Part shown: positions 19,340 through 29,150 of the stretch, in pieces
How positions within the stretch are numbered: position 1 is the first letter of the stretch
Layout of the letters: each line of letters starts with the position of its first letter
NCBI GenBank assembly: GCA_049521175.1
Contig: JBEKPB010000010.1
Coordinates: 6,553 to 70,552, forward strand
Source: Candidatus Limnocylindrales bacterium
GTDB lineage: Bacteria > Chloroflexota > Limnocylindria > Limnocylindrales > CSP1-4
Direction: 5' to 3'
DNA: 64,000 nucleotides
Notes under the pieces: generated by a model
What the model was told of the DNA's origin: nothing
The model's input: the letters and a program-made list of their open reading frames with translations, nothing else
Databases searched by the model: none
Translations under genes and position numbers: made by a program

Positions 19340-20218
19340 ATGGCTGTACCAACGGAGACTGCGACGGGCGCCGAGGCAGAGCCGGAGGCCGCCGCGCCGA
19401 GATCCAAGTGGCCGGCCGCCGACGGCACCCCGCTTCACGTCCGAAGATGGCCTTCGCGCGGCGAGGTCTGGGCGACGGTCCTGATCATCCACGGCATCGG
19501 CGAGCACAGCGGTCGCTACGAACGGACCGGACGGCTGATGTCCGAGGCCGGCCTGGACGTCCACGCCTTCGACCTGCGCGGCCATGGGCTGTCGGGCGGC
19601 CGCCGCGTCTACGTTCGGAGCTGGGACGACTTCCTCGACGACGTCGAGACGAGGCTGGCTGCGATACGCGAGCCAGGTCGACCCACGGTTCTGTTCGGGC
19701 ACTCGATGGGTGCGCTGATCGCGCTGACCTATGCCTGCTCGAACCGACCCGCGCCGGATCTGCTCGTCCTGAGCGCCCCGCCGCTCGAGGCCAGCGTTCC
19801 TGTGTGGCAGCGCGTCCTGGCGCCGGTTCTCGGCGTCGTGGCTCCGACGATCGTCATCGCCAACCCGATCACCGGCGAACAGCTGGCCCGCGATCCATCC
19901 GTAGGGGTCGCCTACTTCGCCGATCCACTCGTCCAGCCCCGCTCTACGACCCGTCTCGGCGCTCAGCTGATGAGGGCGATGAAGCTGGCCCGCTCGCAAT
20001 CGGCACGCCTCGCCATCCCGACGCTCGTCATCCATGGCGGCGCCGACACGCTCGTTCCCACCGCCGGCAGCGAGCGACTGGCAAAGCTGCCTTGCGTGGA
20101 ACGGCGCGTGATCCCGGAGCTCCACCACGAAACCCTGAACGAGCCAGAGGGACCACAGGTCGTGGCCGGCATCGTCGAGTGGCTGCGGACCCAGGTGGGG
20201 CGCGAGGGCTGCCCCTAG
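19340..20218 (+). CDS. alpha/beta hydrolase (lysophospholipase / monoacylglycerol lipase-like)
   Basis: Contains HGIGEHSGRY and the nucleophile elbow GHSMG. The start could also be ATG 19295. Confidence 0.8.
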   Translation: MAVPTETATGAEAEPEAAAPRSKWPAADGTPLHVRRWPSRGEVWATVLIIHGIGEHSGRYERTGRLMSEAGLDVHAFDLRGHGLSGGRRVYVRSWDDFLDDVETRLAAIREPGRPTVLFGHSMGALIALTYACSNRPAPDLLVLSAPPLEASVPVWQRVLAPVLGVVAPTIVIANPITGEQLARDPSVGVAYFADPLVQPRSTTRLGAQLMRAMKLARSQSARLAIPTLVIHGGADTLVPTAGSERLAKLPCVERRVIPELHHETLNEPEGPQVVAGIVEWLRTQVGREGCP

Positions 20219-20270
20219 GATCGGGCGTTTCCGGCTGTCCGTACGGTGCGCCATCTGGCACCATTGAGGA

Positions 20271-21503
20271 ATGAGTGTGGACATCAGGGCCTGCCCGCCG
20301 GAGCGGTTCAAGGAACTGCTCAAGACGGCCGAGATCGGATACAGCGAAGACGTGCCGGAAGACATGATCGGCCGTGTCGAGCGCGTCGCCGACATGGAGC
20401 GCTGGTTCGCCCCGTTCGACGGCGACCGGATGGTCGGCACCAGCGGCGTCTTTAGCCTGCGGATGACGGTGCCGGGCGGCGAGCTCGCCACCGGCGGCAT
20501 CACCTGGGTGTCGGTGCTGCCATCGCACCGCCGGCGTGGGTTGATGAGCGGGATGATGCGGCTCATGATCGACGACTGCCACCGCAGGGGCGAGCCGCTG
20601 GCCGCGCTGTGGGCGGCCGAAGGGGCGATCTACCAGCGCTTCGGATTTGGTCTGGCGACTTTGTGCATGAACCTCGAAGCCGAGCCCATGGCCGTCGGGT
20701 TTGCTCGCGACTGGCCTCGTGAGGGATCGTTCCGTCTCGTTCCCGCCGGCGAGGGGCTCGAGCTTGTGGCGCCGGTCTATGAAGCGGTCCGGGCCCAGAG
20801 AGCAGGATTCCTGGCCCGCAATCCCGACTGGTGGACCAGCGTGCTCCCGCTCGTCGAGAAGGACGCCAAGGGAGGCGAGGCGCGCCGGTTGGTCGTCTAT
20901 GAGACGGCGGACGGACCCGAGGCCTATGCGGTCTACAAGATCAAGGCCGAGTGGAACACAAGGGGTCCGGCCGGGACGCTCATGGTCGAGGAGGCGATCG
21001 GGTCTACTCCTCGCGGGACGCGAGAGATCTGGCGCTACCTTCTCGAGGTCGACCTGGTCAGGACGCTGAAGACCTGGCGCTTGCCGTTCGATCACCCGCT
21101 CTTCATGCTGGCGGCGGAGCCGCGGCGTCTCGGCACTTCCGTAGGTGACGGGCTGTGGCTCCGGATCGTCGATGCGGCGGCGGCCCTGGAGGGCCGGACG
21201 TACGGAATCGACGGCGCAGGGTCCGGAGCCCTCACCTTCGATCTCAGCGACGACTACTGCCCGTGGAATGCTGGGCGGTGGCGGCTCGATGTTGCCGAAG
21301 GGCATGCCCACGCGACGCGGACGGACCGGGATGCAGATCTCGCCCTCGACGCAAACGACCTGGGGGCGCTCTTCCTGGGGGGCTTCAGCGCCGAGGCGCT
21401 CGCCGGAGCCGGCAGGGTGGTGGAGCTGCGGCCGGGGGCACTGGCGGTGGCGGATGCGCTATTCCCTGCGGCAATGAAGCCCTGGTGCCCGCAGGAGTTC
21501 TAG
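20271..21503 (+). CDS. Eis-like GNAT acetyltransferase (GNAT plus SCP2-like C-terminal domain)
   Basis: 410 aa. Contains GITWVSVLPSHRRRGLMSGMMRLMIDD and the family-typical C-terminal ...PWCPQEF. Confidence 0.75.
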   Translation: MSVDIRACPPERFKELLKTAEIGYSEDVPEDMIGRVERVADMERWFAPFDGDRMVGTSGVFSLRMTVPGGELATGGITWVSVLPSHRRRGLMSGMMRLMIDDCHRRGEPLAALWAAEGAIYQRFGFGLATLCMNLEAEPMAVGFARDWPREGSFRLVPAGEGLELVAPVYEAVRAQRAGFLARNPDWWTSVLPLVEKDAKGGEARRLVVYETADGPEAYAVYKIKAEWNTRGPAGTLMVEEAIGSTPRGTREIWRYLLEVDLVRTLKTWRLPFDHPLFMLAAEPRRLGTSVGDGLWLRIVDAAAALEGRTYGIDGAGSGALTFDLSDDYCPWNAGRWRLDVAEGHAHATRTDRDADLALDANDLGALFLGGFSAEALAGAGRVVELRPGALAVADALFPAAMKPWCPQEF

Positions 21504-21551
21504 TCGGGGGGGCCCGCCGATGGGGCGCTGAACGATCGGCTGACGGCGAGA

Positions 21552-21731
21552 TCAGGGCTCGAAGCGGATCGGCTGGTTGTTGCCCGAAGGCGCGCAGACG
21601 TCGCACAGCGTCAGGCAGTCTTCGATCAACGCGGCGCGACGCCGCCCGCGCCCGCCGTTCAGCACAACCGGATGCTTGCAGACAGAGCATCGGAGCGGTT
21701 TCGCGTCGGCGCGATCGCCTCTGTTCGACAT
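21552..21731 (-). CDS. possible small zinc-ribbon protein
   Basis: 59 aa with CSVC...(22)...CDVC. This is the only ATG-initiated part of the long track ORF 21552..22391, and the true extent is uncertain. Confidence 0.3.
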   Translation of the reverse strand: MSNRGDRADAKPLRCSVCKHPVVLNGGRGRRRAALIEDCLTLCDVCAPSGNNQPIRFEP

Positions 21732-22161
21732 CCCTTGGCACCAACTGACGGCTTGGGCAACCCCCGTTGTCTGGCGGCCGGGCCGAGGCGGGGCGCGCAA
21801 CCGCTCTGGCGCAAGTCTGTCGGCCGTCCACCCACGGCCGAACGTCCCGCGTGTGCACCAGGCGGGGTGACGATCCTCCGCCGCCGTCCCGATCCGAACG
21901 GATCTGCCCGAGTACGCCTCATGCGCGGTCCGATGGGAGGGCGAACTCTGCGACGTCTTCCGTACGGGCAAATAGTAGACGGGGCCGATTGTGGTTTCTC
22001 GGTCGCCACGCCAGGCGGCGTCCGTCTCCGTGGCGCAACGCACCGTTTCGCCAGGCGAACCCAGACACAACCCGTCGGGAACCGCCAGCCCGCCGGCAGC
22101 GTCTGAGGCGCGCTCCGCATTCGATTCGATGACTGTTCGCTCCACCCCGAGGAGGCCCACG

Positions 22162-22842
22162 ATGAACCCCAGCCCGAAGATCACCCGTCCAACCCGATCG
22201 ATCCTTGCCGGCCTCTTCCTGGTCGGGATCGTTGCCCTCGCGGTCGGCTGGACCGCCGGGACCGTGGCGGCGTCGAACGGCCCCCACCCCGCGGCGTCGA
22301 CGTCCGGCACGCAGTTGTCGGGCCAGAACGACCTCGGCGCCCCGGGGGTGGCGACGACCACGAACCTGCCGGCGCCTGCCGGCGGCGCCACCTCGTCGGG
22401 CGGGACCGCCTCGACCGGCTCCGCGGCCGTGCTGTATCCGGTGCCCGGCTACAATTCGCTCGGGGTGGCGCCGCAGGGGACGATCCTTGCCGAGGGCACT
22501 GGCACGGCCGGCATGAAGCCCGATGGCTCGGATAAGGCCGCGGCTCTCAAGACTGCGGCCGTTGCCGCGCTCGCGGACGCTCGGGCCGGGGCGCTGGCGG
22601 CTGCGGCGGCGATGGGCGTAGGGCTCGGCGACGTTTACTCGCTCAGCATCTCGTCGAATACCAGCTACGCGTACCCCACGCCTGAGTGTGTGGTCCCGCC
22701 GATGGTCCCGGGCGCGGGCAGCGGCGCGGCGTCGTCGGCGGGGCCGGCGATCTCGCCCGTAATCTGCGGAGGAGTCAACGCCACGGCTCCGACCTCGGCC
22801 CAGTTGGTCGTGACCGTTATCGTCGCCTACAAGTACGCGTAG
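22162..22842 (+). CDS. SIMPL (DUF541)-like secreted/membrane-anchored protein
   Basis: ATG 22162 follows GAGGAGG. It has an N-terminal TM or signal anchor. The Ala-rich helix ...AAALKTAAVAALADARAGALAAAAAMGVGLGDVYSL resembles the SIMPL domain. Confidence 0.5.
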   Translation: MNPSPKITRPTRSILAGLFLVGIVALAVGWTAGTVAASNGPHPAASTSGTQLSGQNDLGAPGVATTTNLPAPAGGATSSGGTASTGSAAVLYPVPGYNSLGVAPQGTILAEGTGTAGMKPDGSDKAAALKTAAVAALADARAGALAAAAAMGVGLGDVYSLSISSNTSYAYPTPECVVPPMVPGAGSGAASSAGPAISPVICGGVNATAPTSAQLVVTVIVAYKYA

Positions 22843-22918
22843 ACGGAGGCCCGCCAGAAACGAACTCGCCGCCGCGGGTTCCGCGACGGCGAGTGTGTGC
22901 TCGTTCTGGCGCGAGCCG

Positions 22919-23560
22919 TCACTCGGCGAATGAGAACGGCGGGTACGGTACGGGGAGGAACAGCACGTAGGCTTGCACCCGGACCGTGTAGCGCATGAAG
23001 CCTCCATACAGGGAGGCGGCCCAGCGCGGGTAGCCGCCTGTGACCAGGATCGGGATCCACAGCACGAGGAAGCTGAGGCCAACGAGGATCGCGGCGAAAG
23101 CGATGACGATGAAATGCGGGATCGCCAAGATGAGCCGGACGAGCCAGCCGAAGAGCGGGATGCCCCACAAGCGGTTGATGTTCAGGTCCTGGAGGTTGAA
23201 CTCGACGTCGATCGGGGTTGGAGCGCCCGGCTCGAGCGGCGGATAACCGCCCGGCATCAGGAAGGCCACATAGCCGCCAACCCGGGTTCCGCGTTGGATG
23301 TACTCAGACAGCAACGTGACCGCGATCCCGGGAACGCGACCCAGGATCAGGATTGGGATCCAGCCAAGGAAGATCCAGAAGCTCAGGAAGATGCCTAGGA
23401 CCCACAAGACGACGAAGTGTGGGATCGCCAGGATGGCTCGGACCATGACCCCCACGAAGGGGATGCCCCAGAGGCGATCGATGTCGCGCTCCGGGGTGAC
23501 GGTCAGCTGTATCGGGTAGCCGCCGAAGTCTGGGGCGGCTGGAGCCGGGGCAAAAGCCAT
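22919..23560 (-). CDS. DUF4389 domain membrane protein (two tandem copies)
   Basis: Repeated motif RLWGIP(F/L).G..VR.ILAIPHF(V/I)V occurs twice. Confidence 0.7.
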   Translation of the reverse strand: MAFAPAPAAPDFGGYPIQLTVTPERDIDRLWGIPFVGVMVRAILAIPHFVVLWVLGIFLSFWIFLGWIPILILGRVPGIAVTLLSEYIQRGTRVGGYVAFLMPGGYPPLEPGAPTPIDVEFNLQDLNINRLWGIPLFGWLVRLILAIPHFIVIAFAAILVGLSFLVLWIPILVTGGYPRWAASLYGGFMRYTVRVQAYVLFLPVPYPPFSFAE

Positions 23561-23754
23561 CGCATAACCCTCGCTGAGATGAGTGACGTAGGCGTTTTCA
23601 GGATAGCCGCGAGATCGTGCAACGGATAGCGGCACTCGTAGCCCACGGCGCCCGTGGAGAGCAAGTCACCGGGGCTCGGCCGGTCGTCGGGGATCCGGCT
23701 CCGCCCTGGTCTCCGGAACGGCTGCGCTCGTAGCGCGGCCGTTCCGAGGCGCGG

Positions 23755-24069
23755 TCAGCTCTCGGCGGAAACGCGCTCGAGATCGACGGCGCGAACGCGC
23801 CGGGTCTTGCCGGCGTCCGTGCGAACCATGGCGGCGGGGATTATGCTGCTAACCAGCGATTCGACGACAGCGAGCTCGCCTGCGTACAGCCCCGTGCCAC
23901 CGATCCGGACCCGATGGCCAACCGCAACGTCGTCTCTGACATCGAGAGCGGCGAGGTTGATAGTGGCCACGGTCGACCGGACATAGCCCGGATCACCCGG
24001 TAGACCGGCGTTTCGGGGCTGCTTGGTTGCAGTTCGGGCTACCGGATAGGTCACCTTGCGTTTGCGCAT
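23755..24069 (-). CDS. hypothetical protein
   Basis: 104 aa, with its ATG 5 nt after the helicase stop (coupled). No family recognised. Confidence 0.45.
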   Translation of the reverse strand: MRKRKVTYPVARTATKQPRNAGLPGDPGYVRSTVATINLAALDVRDDVAVGHRVRIGGTGLYAGELAVVESLVSSIIPAAMVRTDAGKTRRVRAVDLERVSAES

Positions 24070-24074
24070 CGCGA

Positions 24075-25367
24075 TCAGCGACTCCCAGCTGCGGCAGAAA
24101 GTTGGGTTCGGGGGGCGGAGGTTGCAGTCGAGACACCAGCGGGGCGAGACCACCGTCCTGCTCCCATGGATCCCGGGGCTCGACCGCCGCGGGAGCGGCC
24201 GGCGGGCGCCGGCTCGCGGTCTGGATCGGGCAGATACTCTTCGACCACGGCGCAGGGGATCGACTTGCGGAGCAGGCGCTGGATCCCACGGAGCTCGTCG
24301 ACCTCGTCGGGCGAGACCAGAGAGATTGCCGTTCCGCTTGCGCCGGCACGTCCGGTTCGGCCGATACGGTGGATGTAGTCCTGCGGCTCGAACGGAAGCT
24401 CGTAGTTGACGACGTAGGGCAGGTTCTCGATGTCGAGCCCCCGCGAGGCCACGTCCGTCGCGACGAGGACCTTGACGTAGCGGCCGCGGAATGCCTCGAG
24501 GGCTCGCGTCCGCTCGGACTGGCTGCGGTCGCCGTGGATCGCGGAAGTGCTTACACCCCGCCGATCGAGGTACGACGCCAGCCGGCTGGCACCGATCTTG
24601 CTGCGGGTGAAGACGAGGACTTGCTCCATCGAATCGCGCTGGATCAGGTGGATCAGCAGGTCGGCCTTGCGATGCTGGTCGACCGGGTAGAGGACCTGCG
24701 TCAGGTTGTTGGCGACGCTGTTGCGGGCCGCAACCTCGACGATCTCCGGTTCGTGGAGGAACTCGCCGGCGAGACGGCGGACGTCGTCCGAGAAGGTGGC
24801 CGAGAAGAGCAGCGTCTGACGCTGCGCTGGGATGAAGCCCATGATCTTGCGGACGTCGGGCACGAAGCCCATGTCGAGCATCCGGTCCGCCTCGTCGAGG
24901 ACGAGGACCTCGACCTGCGAGAGGTTCACCGAGCGCTGGCCGATATGGTCCAACAGGCGGCCTGGCGTCGCCACCAGGATCTCTACGCCCTTCCAGAGCA
25001 TCTTGATCTCGGGGTCGATCCGGGTGCCGCCGTACACGACGGCGGATCGCAGCGACGAGCCGTGGCTGTAGGTCTTGACGGCGTCGGCGACCTGGACAGC
25101 GAGCTCGCGCGTCGGGGTCAGGATGAGCATTCGCACGGGATGTCTGGCCGGAGAGAAGCCGGCGTTGGCGTGGCCTCGAAGGCGCTCCAGGATCGGCAGC
25201 ACGAAGGCGGCCGTCTTGCCGGTTCCGGTCTGGGCGGCCGCGAGAACGTCGCGGCCATCGAGGATGAATGGGATTGCCGCGCTTTGAACGGGCGTCGGCT
25301 CCGTGTAGCCCTCTCTCGCGACTGTGGCGAGAAGGTCGGCCGAAAGACCGAGGTCTTCGAAGGTCAA
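24075..25367 (-). CDS. DEAD-box ATP-dependent RNA helicase
   Basis: Motifs AQTGTGKTAAF, VLDEADRMLDMGF, SAT and HRIGRTGRAG. TTG start follows AGGAG. Confidence 0.92.
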   Translation of the reverse strand: MTFEDLGLSADLLATVAREGYTEPTPVQSAAIPFILDGRDVLAAAQTGTGKTAAFVLPILERLRGHANAGFSPARHPVRMLILTPTRELAVQVADAVKTYSHGSSLRSAVVYGGTRIDPEIKMLWKGVEILVATPGRLLDHIGQRSVNLSQVEVLVLDEADRMLDMGFVPDVRKIMGFIPAQRQTLLFSATFSDDVRRLAGEFLHEPEIVEVAARNSVANNLTQVLYPVDQHRKADLLIHLIQRDSMEQVLVFTRSKIGASRLASYLDRRGVSTSAIHGDRSQSERTRALEAFRGRYVKVLVATDVASRGLDIENLPYVVNYELPFEPQDYIHRIGRTGRAGASGTAISLVSPDEVDELRGIQRLLRKSIPCAVVEEYLPDPDREPAPAGRSRGGRAPGSMGAGRWSRPAGVSTATSAPRTQLSAAAGSR

Positions 25368-25602
25368 ACGATTGCTCCTGAGTGCGTCAATCTGACGCGG
25401 GATTCGATCGGGGCGGGCGAGACGGATTGGATCCCGCGCTCACCGGGCGATCGACGTGAGGTGCCGGCACCCATGTGGCATGCCGACGGCAGACGCTGCT
25501 GCAGCGTGTCCGAAACAGCGATTGACTGAATTATGGTAACACCCGCGCGATCTCGAACCGGCCCGGACGGGCCAGATCTGATGGCGTGGCGGACGCGGAC
25601 GT

Positions 25603-26775
25603 TCAGGCTCCGACCGCCGCGAACTTCGTGGTGGATCGACCCAGCCTGGGCGCGGACGCGCTGATGGCCCTATCGAAGATGCGCCGGTACTGGCTGCCGA
25701 CCTCCCACCACACCATGCCGCGGCTGTGTTCGTAGGCCCGCCGGCCCATCGCGGCGCGAAGATCCGGATCCCGCAACAGTTCGATGAACGCATCCGAGAG
25801 AGCCCCGGTAGATCCGAGCGGAACGAGCCGGCCGCGATCGCCGGAGAGCATCTCGGTTGCGTAGGCGTATGGGGTGGAGACGATCGACTTGCCTGCCGCC
25901 ATCGCGTAGGAGAGCGTCGCGGCGATCGTGCGATCGAGGTTTGGATAGGGCGTCGTGATCACGTCGGCGGCCTCGAGCCAGTTGCCGAGCTCGACGCGGC
26001 CCACGAACCTGTCGACGAACTTCACGTTCTGCGTCAGGCCGAGGGCGTTCACCTTGGCCTCGAGTCCGGCCCGATACGACTCGCCGTCGTTCGCTCGGCT
26101 GTTCGGCTCGGTTGCGCCGAGGATCACGTAGCACGCATTCGGCACGGCCTCGATCACGGCAGGCATGGCATCGAGAACGGCTTCGCAACCCTTGCCGGGC
26201 GCGAGAAGGCCGAAGCTCAGGATCACCGCGCGGCCCTGAAGGCCCAGGCGCGGCTTGATCGTATCCGCGGCCACCTGCGGAAGATGTGGGACGCCATGCG
26301 GAACGACGTCGAGCCGGTCCGAGGTCACGCCGTAGGCGCTGGCCATTGCCGACGCTGCGGACTCGGACATGACGATCGTCGCGGAGGCGTAATCGACCAG
26401 CTGAGTCAGGATCGATTGTTGCGCCGGGGTGGGCCGCACCGGCACATCGTGCAGGGTTGCCACCAGCGGAACGCGGAGAGGTCGTGCGAAATCGAGCACG
26501 AAACCGCCGTTGTCGCCGCCCCAGATGCCCGCGCTATGTTGAATGCAGACCACGTCAACGCCGCAGTCGTTGAGCGCCTCCGCGACGTAGGCGTAGTCCG
26601 CCTGAACGTCGCGCCGGATCCGATGCCGCACCTCGGCCGGGTATGGGCCGACCTCGCCCGCTGGATGTACGGCGACGATCTCCCGCTCTCCGACAGTTGT
26701 GGCCAGATCGTAGGTGAAGGTCGCGACGCCACACTGGCGTGGCGAGTAAGTAGATACGAAGGCTGTCCTCGAGAT
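25603..26775 (-). CDS. GT4 family glycosyltransferase with no canonical start codon
   Basis: The track ORF starts at GTG 26631. The conserved N-terminus ISRTAFVSTYSPRQCGVATFTYDL continues 48 codons upstream, to ATC 26773-26775. An in-frame TGA lies at 26788-26790 with no ATG/GTG/TTG in between. Confidence 0.7.
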   Translation of the reverse strand: MSRTAFVSTYSPRQCGVATFTYDLATTVGEREIVAVHPAGEVGPYPAEVRHRIRRDVQADYAYVAEALNDCGVDVVCIQHSAGIWGGDNGGFVLDFARPLRVPLVATLHDVPVRPTPAQQSILTQLVDYASATIVMSESAASAMASAYGVTSDRLDVVPHGVPHLPQVAADTIKPRLGLQGRAVILSFGLLAPGKGCEAVLDAMPAVIEAVPNACYVILGATEPNSRANDGESYRAGLEAKVNALGLTQNVKFVDRFVGRVELGNWLEAADVITTPYPNLDRTIAATLSYAMAAGKSIVSTPYAYATEMLSGDRGRLVPLGSTGALSDAFIELLRDPDLRAAMGRRAYEHSRGMVWWEVGSQYRRIFDRAISASAPRLGRSTTKFAAVGA

Positions 26776-26854
26776 GGGTTGCTCCCGTCAGCTTTGGCGG
26801 TTGAATTGGCGCCCCTGTGTCGGACGGGACCCGGTCCGCTCTACCGGGTTGCTT

Positions 26855-26882
26855 GCGGCCCGAGGCGTTGACCCCGGGCCGC
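26855..26882 (-). terminator. stem-loop downstream of csp
   Basis: GCGGCCCG (26855-26862) pairs perfectly with CGGGCCGC (26875-26882). It starts 15 nt after the csp stop. No clear U-tract. Confidence 0.4.
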
Positions 26883-26896
26883 TTTGCCGGCTAGGA

Positions 26897-27100
26897 CTAG
26901 GCCGCGCTCACCTGAATGGCGCGCGGGCCCTTGGGGCTGGTCTCGACTTCGAACGAGACGCGCTCGCCGCCAACTAGGCGGTCGAAATCGAGGGGAGCCT
27001 GGAGGCCGCCACGATGGAAGAAGTATTCCTTCCCGTCTTCGGCGGCGATGAATCCGAAACCGCGTTCGGACACGACCTTCTTGATGGTCCCGGTGGTCAT
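26897..27100 (-). CDS. cspA: cold-shock protein (CspA family)
   Basis: 67 aa. Starts MTTGTIKKVVSERGFGFIAAEDGKEYFFH (RNP1/RNP2 motifs). Confidence 0.95.
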   Translation of the reverse strand: MTTGTIKKVVSERGFGFIAAEDGKEYFFHRGGLQAPLDFDRLVGGERVSFEVETSPKGPRAIQVSAA

Positions 27101-27240
27101 TTGCTGACTCTATTCTCTTCCCGAACAAGACGGCAGACGCACGGTCCGTTCGAGAAGGAAGGTCGACCACGCGGAGCGCTGCGGCAAGTGGCCGCAACGC
27201 ATCCACGGTACTCGCTTTGGCGGGATAGCACAACGACTGG

Positions 27241-27651
27241 TTGGCCGAGCCCCGTCACGCGCACCTGGCACAAAGCTTGACCAAACGAGGCCGCGGTCCC
27301 ATCGTGGCTACCAGTCGACCAGCGCCGGGTCGCGACTACGTCGCCCGCAGCGCACGGCAGATTGGATCCCCCGTGTCTCGCAGAAGCTTCCGCACCGCCG
27401 ATGCGCTCATCGTGGTGAGCACCGACGGTTACTTCGACGTCTTTCCGCCCGTCGATCGCTCGCCGAACGACAAGCCCAACTACCGCGGCGTCCTGGCCGA
27501 GCTGGGACCGTCGGTCCGCGGCTCGGACGACAGGCTCTCCGTTCGTCCGGAATCGGTTGCGCTGAACGCCGCCGTGGCGACGTGGGCCCGCAGCCACGGC
27601 GCCGCCGCAGTCCGCGGCGAACTCGGTCTGGGTCGCAACGGCAAGGCTTAA
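27241..27651 (+). CDS. hypothetical protein (weak call)
   Basis: The ORF has GC-rich third positions in its distal two thirds, a TAA stop and no SD. The start (TTG 27241 or GTG 27373) is unresolved. Confidence 0.25.
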   Translation: MAEPRHAHLAQSLTKRGRGPIVATSRPAPGRDYVARSARQIGSPVSRRSFRTADALIVVSTDGYFDVFPPVDRSPNDKPNYRGVLAELGPSVRGSDDRLSVRPESVALNAAVATWARSHGAAAVRGELGLGRNGKA

Positions 27652-27723
27652 CCGCAGCCCTTCAGGCTGAACTCCCGCCCCGCCGCTCCACCCACCGATC
27701 CCAACACCGAAAGGACGACCGAA

Positions 27724-27978
27724 ATGGCCGACGAAACACCCAAGACTGCGCCCGAAACGACGAGCGCCGAACCGTCACGCAGCAAGTCCACCTATCGCGC
27801 GGCCGCTCCATCCGCTTCGGCGGTGGACAGCCGATCGAATGGCGGCTCCGGCGTCCAGCGGAGCCACCTTCGCAACCGCAAGGCCTGGCTGAAGGGCCGT
27901 TCCCGTGCCGGCCAGACGTGGACCCAGCGCAAGGTCGCCAGCGTCACCTATTGCCCGGCCAAGGTCCGCGCGAGCTAG
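27724..27978 (+). CDS. hypothetical small basic protein
   Basis: 84-aa ATG ORF with reasonable GC3 and a weak AGGA upstream. Confidence 0.35.
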   Translation: MADETPKTAPETTSAEPSRSKSTYRAAAPSASAVDSRSNGGSGVQRSHLRNRKAWLKGRSRAGQTWTQRKVASVTYCPAKVRAS

Positions 27979-27985
27979 CCAGGCA

Positions 27986-28074
27986 GTCGCTGAGAAGCGC
28001 GGTCGGTCGCTGAGAAGCGCGGTCGGTCGCTGAGAAGCGCGGTCGGTCGCTGAGAAGCGCGGTCGGTCGCTGAG
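27986..28074. repeat. 20-bp tandem repeat, 4.4 copies
   Basis: GTCGCTGAGAAGCGCGGTCG is repeated head-to-tail four times exactly, plus a partial copy. It is flanked on both sides by CCAGGC. Confidence 0.95.
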
Positions 28075-28236
28075 CCAGGCGCCGGAAGGCGGCCGAGGCG
28101 CGCCCGGTCGCGTGGCTCTGGATCGCCGCACAGATCGCGCGCCGCGCCGGGCGCCCCGCCCGGTTGACTAAGTCGGGCCCGCCCGGCACGCTCGCTCCCA
28201 TCCGGCCGATCGTGGCCCGGAGACTTGGGAGGAGCC

Positions 28237-29138
28237 ATGCCAGCGCACCCGGGACCACTCGGCTTTCGGCTATCGCCCGTCCAGGCCGCCGGTCTCGACT
28301 GGCCGGCTTTGTCTGCGGCCTGGTCCGTCGCGGCCGAGAGCCGCATGTTCGATGCCGGCTGGACGAACGACCACCTGACCGACGCGAGTCGGACGCGCGG
28401 CGGTCCGGCGATGGAATCGATGACGACACTTGCCGCGCTCGCAGCCCGGTCACCGGGCCTGTGGGTCGGGGTGGCAGTGGCGTCGAATACCTTCCGCCAC
28501 CCGCGGTCCTCGCCAAATCGGCCGCAGTCATCGACGACGTCACCGAGGGGCGGTTCGTCCTGGGGCTCGGCACGGGCTGGCAGGAGGGCGAACACGACCA
28601 GTTTGGCATTCCGCTGCCGCCGATGGCCGAGCGGTTCGACCGCTTCGAGAGCGCGGTCGAGGTGCTGGCCGCGCTCTTCTCGGACGCCGCTCGTCGACCG
28701 CCCGGGGTAACACGACCGGATCCGTTCTATCCGCTTCGAGACGCGACGCTGGAGCCGCCGCCGATTTGCGCCGGCGGACCCTCGCTTTGGCTCGGAGTCG
28801 GCAGGCGGCGCGGAATCGCGCTGGCGGCGCGGCTGGCGGACGGCTGGCCGATGCCGGGCAATCGACCGGACGACGTGGCCTACTTCTCCGAGAAGCGTGA
28901 CGAGATCCGGCGTGCGCTGGAGGCCGCGGGGCGCGACCCGGATGCGTTCGTGTTCGCCGGGCAGCTCACCGCCGGCGGAGATGTAGGTCAGCTTCGCGAA
29001 GCGCGCGCGGTCGCCGAATCGTTCATCCGGGCCGGGGCCAACCATCTGATTCTCGCCGTCCCGGCGTCGGACGGACCGGACGGGATGGCCCGAATGGCGG
29101 CCGAGGTGGCCGCACCACTGCGCGACGCGATCGGCTGA
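28237..29138 (+). pseudogene. LLM-class F420-dependent oxidoreductase with one frameshift
   Basis: The N-terminal 93 aa are in ORF 28225..28710 (ATG 28237 follows GGGAGGAG). The rest is in ORF 28164..29138. The junction NTFRHP|AVLAKSAAVIDDVTEGRFVLGLGTGW lies at about 28501-28507 and is repaired by adding one nucleotide. Confidence 0.8.
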
Positions 29139-29150
29139 GGACGCGTCGTC

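Noticed and set aside
21732-22161. Upstream extension of the zinc-ribbon ORF (track ORF 21552..22391)
   Set aside because: The extension would overlap the well-supported SIMPL-like gene start and has no recognisable domain. Only the ATG-initiated 59-codon part is reported, at low confidence.
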